From: Pseudovirgaria hyperparasitica
Lineage: Eukaryota
NCBI GenBank assembly: GCA_010093815.1
Contig: ML996579.1
Direction: 5' to 3' (one strand)
DNA length: 64,000 bases
Of this stretch, positions 53,703 through 64,000 are shown piece after piece. How positions within the stretch are numbered: the first letter of the stretch is position 1; the number at the start of each line of letters is the position of its first letter. The notes beneath the pieces were generated by a model. It ran no database searches and was not told the origin of the DNA. It saw nothing but the letters and a program-made list of their open reading frames with translations. A program made the position numbers and the translations under genes.

Positions 53703-54927
53703 GATCGAGGTGTTACAGCGCTTGCAAATCGTCCCCGCTGTGTCGCATCTCACTGGCATCTGGCGTCTCCTAGAAGACAACAAAGTGCCACTGGATCCGC
53801 TTCAGTTATCCGCATGTCATATTTCGTCTGCAGTACTGGTCTCGTCATGATTTCCTCCCTGTGCATACATGTCGTTCCGATCAGCAATCAGTGACTACAT
53901 CGGTGAATGCACCCAAGCACCTGCAGCTGTGTTTACATACATAAGTTTGTCATGACCCCAAACGCACGCCTCCGTAGGATGCGATGATTACTAAGCAGCC
54001 ACCTGTAACAACACGTGGCAATGCAGTCGCAGCAACAGTTACGTTCGCTACCGAAGTAGCACACTGAACGCCAGATCTACGAAGTTTGTTTTAGTACTCC
54101 ACTGCTGCTCCTATTAGCGGTGACGTCCTGCAATAAAGGTAGCTTGTACAAGGGTACTGCAGCTAAGAGTCGAAGCGTCCTAGGGATATCAGAAGTGCAT
54201 CTACTTGGCACTATAATGTGGAGTTGCACATAGATTTTACGTAGCAAGCACTTCTGTATCTAAATATGCACCGTCTCGTGCTCGATGAGTTATAGACCCG
54301 CGGTCTATGGTGGTTAACTGGCGATCATTTCTGCAGACTTTCCCACCTCGAGTTAGACTCCTGTAGAGGTATATACGCGTATAGAACAGACAGAACCCGG
54401 GGCCAGGATCTGAGTGAGGAGGATCATTCAGAGAAACCCCCCTTCCTGACGACTTTGGTATCGATTCTATGTCAGCGCATGCATTCGGATGCAAGACAGT
54501 TCTGGCTGACATCAGCTTGTTTCGGGCAAACAAGAGATCAATCATCATCAGTCTCGGAGCATATGAAATGAGAAGGGTAGACATACAGAGAAACAAGCTG
54601 CCCACGAATGTAGAGTGTAGAGGCGGAGGCGAAAACAAAAGTAGACTTTCAATAGCATCATATCCGATGGGCACCCGTCGTTCTTCTCTTCTATGCATTC
54701 AAGCATCCACTCTGGTATCAATTACAAACTATCTGGAGACCGTCTAATTTAATACATGACGTAGTAGAGATGAATGCTGTTGAGAAGAAATCCTACCTTT
54801 CACTATCTGAGCTCCCCAATAACATGTGAACAGCCACAATTTGTGGGTAAGCAGTCGTATCGCGCCGCAAGATACGTTCACACATCGCCCTCACCAAGTA
54901 TCTCCCAGTACCCGCCGCTTTCGCATC

Positions 54928-57900
54928 CTATACCCTTGAGAGAACACTACTCCGAGAGCATATCAGCCCCGCAAATTCCACTAATGAAGCCGACTGTAAG
55001 ATCTCGAAGATAGTGACCCGCGCCTTGACCTCACTGCTGATCCAATTGCGGAATCGCACAGCGACCAGTGAATCTACACCATGGTGTGTCAAGGGAACGG
55101 CGGGATCAATGTCTGTTGGGTCTATGTTGAATAGCTCCCCAATCTCAGCTGACAACAACTCTCGCACAAGCTGTTTGGCTTCTGGCTCGGCCATAGTCGG
55201 CCCTGTGTTAACAAACTCTCGAATGAGCGTTTGTACACGGCTTGCCGATGGGGATTGAATGTCGGTCGGTGATATATCGTCATCGCCTAACCTCAGTGTG
55301 CCGAATCGTTTGTCGCCCTTAATCCCTCGATCATCGGGAAGGGCCGCATACTGTGGGAAACACGTGATGGTATGGCTATGCGCTTGATCTCGACGGAGCG
55401 GATTCGTGATACCACCCTCGACAAGGCGCATTACGTGATCCACAGAGAGGCTAATGGCCGATACTGCTGTGCCTACACGCTTCATCACGTCTTCGCCCTG
55501 CTCCGCCACGTATCCAACGTCGTCCACAGCCCCTAGATCGATTGAGAGTGCAGGATGGCCGGCTTGGGTGCGGTGGCGAGCAAGCATGTCCTCAAATGTG
55601 TTTCCTGCTGCGTAGTTTGCCTGTGATGGATTGCCTGTTATGCCAGTACCTGAAGAAAGCATGATAAAGTAGTTCAATTCAGGTAAAAGATTGTGCAAGT
55701 TCCACGTTCCAGCAATCTTGGGTCTTACACCATTCTGCCATTGCTCGTATGTCATCCGCTCAAGCACTGTATCCTGTAGGCTTGTAAGAAGGAGTCATCA
55801 AGTAGGGTGGGAAGTACTCAGTGCTGCTTACATCAAGGACCATGGCAGCTTGAACAACTCCTCCGATAGGTGGAATGTCCTTCTCTCTCAAGTCCTGCAC
55901 AAGTTGAAGTAATTGCTCATCGTTTGCAATATCGCAGTTCTGGATAAGCAGCCTACAGCCATGCTCTTGTGCCATCTCCCGAAGCGCTGCCGCGTTCCGG
56001 TGGGAAACGGCATTACGTGAAACGGCCACAATATTTTTGGCCCCTTTATCGATTAATCTCATGACGATGGTATTTCCAATACCAGTCAAACCCCCAACGA
56101 CCAGATGGCTGAAGTCCATCTTATCAAGCTCCAAGACTGGTGTACGAGGAATTACACTGACGAGACTGTTGGGTTCCACATGGATTACCAACTTACCAGT
56201 ATGTGTTCCCCCTTGCATGAACTTCATGGCCTTGCCCATGTCGGTAACACTAAATGTTGTGATGGGAACAACCGGTCTCAACTTTCCAGCATGATATAGT
56301 CTCATGATATCCTTGTAAGCGTCGGCTATCACCATTCGCTTCAACTCGCTGTAAGCTATTAGGTCGACTCCAGACATAGTTATGTTTCTCGCAAAGGGCG
56401 ACATGTCGAGTCGTTTCGCTGCATGCAAGTCGATTTTGCCGATTTCGACAAACCGACCAAAGTCTGCGAGACACTGCCAGGTCGCTTTCAGCAGCGGTCC
56501 ACCTAGGGAGTTGAGAACTACATCGACACCTTTACCATCCGTTGCTTTCATGACCCCAGTTACGAAAGAGGTGTTTCGGCTCGAAAATATATGGTCAGCT
56601 GGGATACCAAAGCTTTCCTGCAAAAGGAGGTTCTTTTCTTTGGTCCCACAGGTTGCGAATATCTCTGCACCAATAGACTGCGCCCACATAATAGCAGCCT
56701 GACCAACACCACCGGCAGCGGAATGAATGAGAATGCGTTCACCTTTCTGCAGTCGTGCGGTGTAGACAAGACTGATGTTCACTGTGAGGTGGACAATCGG
56801 GAAAGCTGCTGCTTCCTCCCAGGATAATTCGTCTGGAGCCTTGATCATATTCTCCCACCATCCTCTGCTAGTGCTGGCGAAACCGCCACGAAACGCACCA
56901 CAGACACGATCACCGACCTTGAGACCGCTCCGGTCTGTTCCAGGGCCCAGGCGCTTAACGACTCCGGCAGCTTCGTGTGCAAGGGTCATCACTTCCTTCA
57001 CAAAGCCTAGTGCTAGCATGAGATCTTGGAAGTTCAGTGCGAAGGCCTTGGTGTCGATTTCAATCATGCCATACGGAAGGTCATCATTTGCATCAGGTAC
57101 CTCGTGGAAGGCGATATGGTCGAGCAAATCAATGGATCCCTCGGGCAGTTGATACTGCAAGTCTCTTCCTGGTACGCGCCACGGCTGAGGCTCGGCCAAG
57201 GACTTTTGTCCGCTGTTCGCCACATCTTGAGCTTCATCAGGATAGTATCGGAGGACATGCAGCACCGAGTCTTTGACTGCATATTCCCAGTCCATGTCAC
57301 TGTCAGTGGTGGAATAGTCTAATGACTCTTCGAATACATGCATGATGTGCTGCACTGTTTCTAGACCCCAAGGATTCGTGTTGGTGTCGAAGTCGAGATG
57401 CACGCATCGCTTGTTCGTGTCTTCTCGCCGTAACGTTCGCAAAAGACCCGAGATCGATCCCCAATGAGGCTTTTCGGCATCAATAAATCCACCACGTCCA
57501 ACCCAAAGAATTCCCATGCCATCCACCAAGAGATGCCGTAATTTCTCAAAGGTCTTTTGGTCCATCGAGCTGACCAGGCACCTACTCATTTCGACGGTGA
57601 CGATATACAGAGTTTTCTCATCTGGCTGGACATCTTCGAGAAATTCAATGTGTGGCGATGTCCCGGTCTTGTGGTACAGTGTGGTAGCGAGCTCCCTATG
57701 CCAGTTTGGTGGAGCATCTCGATCTCCAACGATAGAGATGCGAGAGGGGAATGTGGGCATTTTAAATGCGGTACTCATTATCAGGCTGCTGACTTGAACT
57801 TCTGTATGCACGCAATCCTGAATGTTGAAATCGACCCCGGTGAATCCGCTTGATCGCAACACCTTATTCCATGTCGGTACGTTAGCGATAGCACTCATCT

Positions 57901-60900
57901 GGCGGTAGGGCTCTTCACCCAGCCACCAGCCTGGTAGAGTCCCGAAAATGAGCTCGAAATTGATGCTATGCTGTGTTCCTTCCAGGTAGATCAGCTTGCC
58001 TCCAGGCTTGAGAAGCGTTCTCACATTTGTTAATGTGTTTCTCAAGCTGACTGTGGCATGCAACACTTGCGACGCGATGACCAGGTCATAAGTTCCAGCA
58101 TCAAAGCCTTGTTGTATCGGGTCGGCCTCAATATTCAGTTTCCGAAAATCCATCTTGCTTCTGCAATGAGCAAACTTTTCTTTTGCTGCGGCAAAGAAGT
58201 CGCTGGAGATGTCAGTGTAGTCGTAGTGGCCGACCAATGTCTTCGTTGCTCGTCTCTCGTCTTTCGCACTAAAGGCTGCCAGAGCATACGTAGTGGCACC
58301 GCCAGTACCAGCGCCAATCTCCAAGACTCTTGCACCAGGGTTCTTGACGGCATAGAGCTCCAGTGTCCTTCGCAGGTGCTGATAGGTATGGTTGAACTGG
58401 GGTGTCTCGGCATAGTAGCGTTCGAGTAGACCACCCTCTGTCATAATTTCCAATGCGTTGATATCGCCTCGAATGATCTGGGCAAGATGTCTCCCTATGT
58501 CCACGAGAAGTCGTCCACCGGCGTTCTTCTTGGCCACGGCGTCTAATAACGTTTCCCGGTGTGTCTGAGAGGTTGAAGTCCAGGCGCTTGCCCGAAGCCC
58601 GTGTCCGTTTTCTAGCTGCCCTGTTTCCACCGCCACAGTGATGGCCTTCATCCATTGGAAGTACCTTTTATGATACGACTGCCATGTCTCAGAATCCTCC
58701 GACTGAAGCTCAGTAAGCGCTTCAACCATTAGGTAATACGCAGCTTCGCGATATGACCTTTCATCAGCTAATTCTGCTTCCGAGAGAGCTATCTGCATTG
58801 ACTCCTTCACAGCTTGGGGTACACGGTGAAGCACGTCAAGCTCCCATCGCGCCTGAGAATGGGCTCGGAATACGTTATCTGTGGGCTCCTCATCGGCGGC
58901 GACCCTCTGCACACGGAAGTTGCTTATCTCCAATGCCAGGCCAAGTTGGTCATGCTTCGGCTCCATGGTAACTGTTCCTGCAAATATTCCGGCATCTTTG
59001 CGACAGCGTTGTAACTCCACAGTTGACGTTAGAGGCTTACCAGTCTCTGGTAAAAGGCCTCGTGGGACAGTCATGCTACCAATGGACCGCGGAACCATCA
59101 TGGCACCTTCTCTTGCCTCTCTGGGCAGTGAAAAATAACAAGTCTGGAAGATGGAGTCCAGAGTAATTGGGTGTAGGACGTATTCATTGTGTTTATTCTG
59201 TGCTTCTGCAGACAGTCTAAACGTAGTGGTAGATTTTAGACCAAGGATACGACTCGCATCCAGGTGCCGGAACGTCGGGCCATGGTATATACCCATCCGC
59301 CGTAGACTGTCAAAGACGACTTCTGCATCAACCACCTCTCCCTGGTTCTCTGGAACGTGGGGGCTGACGCCATTGATGGCATCATCTGATCCCGGGAACG
59401 TAGTCTTACTAGGCAATATATCTTCGGTGGAGACGAAGCCGATGCAGTGTCGTGACCAGGCGTCGTTTGGACCAATGGAGAACAGCTCAAATTCGTGCCA
59501 TCCCCTGTAGTCCAACTCCTTATCGCTACAATCGCGGAGCGTGAAGACAACTTCAACGCCTGTTGCGTCCGGAGGAATCACAAGGGCGCTCTGAATATCG
59601 ACATCGCGCAGACGGTACGCCGCCGGATCTTGCTTTGCTCCAGCAGACATCTTGAGCTGCCGTACGGCCTCGATAGCCATGCAGACATAACCGGCCCCGG
59701 GGAATACAGTCTTGGACTCAAGTTGGTGGTCAGATAGCCAGGGGAGATCAGTGGTGCGGAGGAAGTTGCGCCACGTGGGAACTAGACTATTCGTGCCTGG
59801 TGCAGAGCTTCCTAGAAGTTCGTGGGGAGGATAGCGGCGATATCGGTTCTGGTGTGATGTGCGTGGCTCGACCGTGTATGTGTTGCGGTGATCCCAGCAG
59901 TACGTGGGTAGATTTGGAACGAAGGAGGCAGATTCCCCCGACGGGTGGTTGACAACATAGAGGTCGACGGGACAGCCTCTTGTCACAAGATCACCAGCTG
60001 CGGCCTGCATTGTCTTAACAGCGTCTGCATTTCGTCGTAAACATGTGGTGTAAGGAATGGGTGTTTGGGACAAAGTCTCCTTGATGGCGCCTGAGAGTGT
60101 ATTGTGGGCTCCGATCTCGAGCAGAACATCGACACAGGGAGTGTGATCGCTAGCACCGTTGGGCGTCTTCTGCCCATCGCTCCCATACACCATGCATTCT
60201 AGGGCGCTGGAGAATAAGACTGGACTAACGAGGTTCTTGACCCAGTGCTTCGCGTCAAGACCTTCGCCGGTACCGAGGAGGCGACCGGTCACAGGTGAGG
60301 CGAATGGGATTTTTGGAATGCTGCTTTTACTGCCGACTTTACTGTTCAGCCGATCCTCGTATATCTCAGCCACTTGCTGCATGTGATGAGAGTGGTATGC
60401 CACTGGGACATTCAATTTCCTTGCAGACACTGCGTCGTTGGCCAGTCGTACGGCAACCTCATCGAGGGCACTGAGATCGCCGGAGAGTGTGACACTGGCT
60501 GGGCTATTGACACAAGCAACCACAATCTTTCCGGTCGATGTGTCCTTGATATACTCCTCCGCCTCGTTGGCGCTTAGTCGCGCGGCCATCATCCCGCCCT
60601 TCAAGCCACCTTCATCTCGGTGTCTGGCTGCGATCGAGCCGCGATGATAAACCACGCCCAGCGCTTCTTCAGCAGTGAGCATACCCACAGCATATGCCGC
60701 CGCTATCTCTCCACTGGAATGGCTAGCCACAGCTGCTGGTACTATACCCCATGACTTGAGCAGATCCACCAAACAAATCTGTAGCGCGACGTTTGCGGGC
60801 TGGCTAATCTCTGCGTCGTCAATACGGGACGTTTCTGCGTTGCGGCACAGCTCGTCTGAGATATGTTAGTGTATAATGCGGGATGGGAATGGACAAGCTG

Positions 60901-62810
60901 CTGTCTCACCATAGAGTGACCAGGATGCGCCGTGTGACTCCTGGAGAATTGACGTGCACTTGCGCATGGCATCACTGAACACAGGATAACGAGCAAGGAG
61001 CTCACGACCCATTCCAGGCCATTGCCCACCTTGCCCGTTGAAGACAAATCCTATGCGAGGGGGCGTACCGGCACGAATGCTCTTGAATTGTTGGTCCTCG
61101 AGCTTCTCAGCTAACTGTTCGACACTCATTGCCTGAATTGCCGTCGACCATTGGAAGCGAGATCGTCGTTCGCTAAGAGTGTAGGCTACGTCAGCAAGGG
61201 ATAGATTATGATCCTGCCGTAGTGACTCTCTAAGGTGGACGGAAAGTTTTTTTGCCATTTCCGAGACACCTGCCGAGTGCCGCGCGCTGAGTATAACTAC
61301 GTATGACTGGGACACATCAGCGTCCTCGCTCATGTCGACTGTAATGCCATTGCTGACAGAACTTTTACTTGTGCCCTTCTGTCCGTTTATATTAGATATA
61401 TGAGATGAGGTCCAGAGAGCTGCCGTTCGCGGCGCTGCCTCCATAATGACATGGACATTCGTGCCTCCATAACCGAAGTTATTGACCGACGCCCGTAATG
61501 GTGCCCCGGCCGGCCACGGAGTCGTCTCAAGTGGTAACTTCAGATTCCACTCTTCCAGACGTATCGCCGGGTTAGTTTTCTCGTAATTGATATGCGGAGG
61601 AATGATCTGATGTTGCAGTACAAGGGCGGTTTTGATGACCGCTGCCAGCCCGCTTACGGGTTCTGTATGGCCCAGGTTTCCCTTACAAGACCCTACGTAC
61701 ACTGGCCTACCCGGAGCCCTCGACGCACCAAACGTAGTCGCCAGCGCCTCTGCCTCGATCGGATCCCCAGTCGGCGTTCCGGTCATATGTGCTTCGATAT
61801 ACGCCGTATCGGCAAGATTAAGCCCGGCACGCCGGTAGCAATCCCGGATTAGCTCCTGCTGTGCTCGCATTGCCGGCGACGTTATAGTCCCTGTCTTACC
61901 GTCTTGGTTCATCACAGACTCTCGTATAACAGCATGCACATGATCTCCATCCCGCAGTGCCTCATCAAGGTCTTTCAGTATCACAACCGCCATGCCCTCG
62001 CCACGCCCATAACCATTTGCGCGCTCGTCCCACGGTAGACATTTTCCCTGCGGGCTCAGTACTCCCAGGTTCGATAGTGCGATCACTAGGTCTGGGTTCA
62101 TGGACAGGTGGGCGACACATGCAATCGCAATTTTCGCCTCTCCACTGCGGATACTCTGCGCCGCGAGGTGCAGAGCCGCCATACCGCCCGAGCATCCTGT
62201 ATCTGTAGTGACGCTGGGCCCGCGCAAGTCGTAGAAGTGCGAAATGCGATTTGAGTACATGGCGGCACCATTGCCAGTGAAGTAAGACGCGGGTAGCGTT
62301 TCGGGGTCCTTTATAAGGCGGTCACTATAATCACGGCCGAATGTGCCTGAAAAGACCGAGGTGTTTGAACCGGCCATGCGTTCGAGTGTGTAGCCGGCAT
62401 CTTCGAATGCTTCGAATACTCCTTCCATCGAGAGTCTCAGCTGAGGATCCATGGCCTCCGCCGCCTCCGTTGCAACTCCGAAGAATGGCGCGTCGAATGC
62501 GCTGATGTCCTCGTCGAGGAAATACCCTCCCTGTACATGATGCTAATTTTCTCATTAGTATCGGTTGATTCATAATATCGATCTCGCTAAGAGTAGGAGT
62601 GTGACTTACTCGGTCTAGTCGCTGCTGCTCAGGGTGGTACAAGGACGCACCGTCGAAGCGTGTGGCTGGGATTGGGGACCATGCGTCTGTACCAGAAGAA
62701 AGGAGAGTCCAGAGCTTGGATGGTGTGCTTGAAGAACCTGCGAAGCGGCAGCTTAAGCCAGTAATGGCTAATGGGCGAGAAGATGGTGGTTTAGGCGATG
62801 GAGGTACCAT
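54928..62810 (-). CDS. Highly reducing iterative type I polyketide synthase (KS-AT-DH-CMeT-ER-KR-ACP); introns 62609-62543, 60909-60856, 55831-55774
   Basis: KS DTGCSGG and KGNLGHTE, AT SHSSGE and AYHSHH, DH DHQLESKTVFPGAGY, CMeT LEIGAGTGG, ER IHSAAGGVG, KR GGLTGIG and YAAGN, ACP GVDSL. Three GT-AG introns restore one frame. Confidence 0.96.
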
Positions 62811-64000
62811 TTTGGACGTTGAAGATTTGTGGAAGTTGAGATGTAGGAACTGGGAGAGAAGAAAGCAGAGAACTGGCTGTTTCAGACTGGGACTGGGCTA
62901 CGTGAAGTTAACTTGAATGTTAAGTTGCCATATATGTTGTGTTGCGTACAAGCACTCGTCCATTCACTCACGCTCACACGCACACATACGCGTAGCCAAA
63001 TTACACGCGCGTGCGATGTGAAATTGTTCTTGAAAACATTTGCCCACTCGTATTATTACTTATTTCTACTCAGCGCAAATATCTTCCTCGGGCACATTGC
63101 GAGGATAATATAAGTCTCCAATCCATCGCAAACAGACATGACTACCGCAAATAGACATTACCACCGGAAGCAGACATTCACGTCGCACATACAACCCCTG
63201 CCAACTTGCGAAAATACTCCGAGCGCATCCATGTCCACCGCCCACTTTATTAGTGATCTAACAATAATTTCAGGTGCATGAGTCAACATTGTATAGTGAA
63301 GAGCCAACATAGCAAGTAAAGAGCTAAAATCGTGGGTGAAGAGCTAACCGCGTATCCCTGCACGATCCTCGGAGAATTTTGATAGTATGTATGGCGTGAA
63401 AATTAATCAACCAGAGTGTGGAGAAGAGTTTAAGTTATTAATTCTGCCTGGCCTCGGCAAAAAAAGACGTGGTCCCTGAGGAGAAACTGAGCCACCGGCA
63501 GTTGCAGCGTTGGGAGCGCTGTATGCTGTACACGTGGAGAGATTTCAGGCCCGGCGATACTATCGGAGGTAGCTCCGAACGTAATTGTAGAGCCGGGGAA
63601 ATGTTGTGCCTACCACTGATCTCCAAGTTCAGGTAGCTTCATAATGATATGCCATGAATGCACCGCAATATCGTTCAGTATGGCCGATGGTTTGGGGGAT
63701 GGGGATGAGCGATAGAAGAGCTATTTGTACAGGCTTCTGCTTGTAGGACAACCCCTGGTAGTGTGAGATGCCGCAATCGCATCATGCCTGTATGAGGATT
63801 TTGGGCATCCATATATATGACTTATTGCAGATTTAGTCACACTAAACGTACTGTTGGGGTGGACATTGACTATCCCATGAACAGTATATGTTTTACTGGT
63901 TAGAAGAAGTTACAATGTTATAGGCATTGTAGCTAGTTAAAAGACTACTACAATTGAAGCTGGAAAGCTCTAGTCCTTGCTGGTCATCTATGAAGCTGCA

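Noticed and set aside
37457..62916. Many overlapping and antisense ORFs in the gene-rich region
   Set aside because: Shadow frames of well-supported genes.
1..64000. CRISPR arrays, rRNA, tRNA, telomeric repeats
   Set aside because: None seen; the repeats are explained by LTRs, TIRs and TSDs.

Overview
Filamentous-ascomycete (Pezizomycotina-type) genomic window in two compartments. Positions ~1-36,900 are an AT-rich, TpA-loaded block of nested transposons destroyed by RIP (C>T/G>A). It holds two copies of a Ty3/Gypsy chromovirus (family A), a second Gypsy (family B), a hAT transposon, a full and a 5'-truncated Tad1-like LINE, a 580-bp TRIM and MITE-like elements. Positions ~37,000-64,000 are ordinary gene-rich DNA: a TAP-like alpha/beta hydrolase, PAC1/LIS1 and STU2/Alp14 head-to-head, the mitochondrial calcium uniporter, a hypothetical gene, a class III chitin synthase and a highly reducing PKS. 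Reading the repeats with RIP reversed by hand gives three main observations. (1) Gypsy B carries, between pol and its 3' LTR, a ~1,400-codon single-frame ORF with Upf1/NAM7-like SF1 helicase motifs and three CCHC zinc knuckles. (2) Gypsy A carries a 4-exon antisense gene. (3) The TRIM appears to self-prime like Tf1. All translations in the repeat block are manual RIP back-corrections, not database results.
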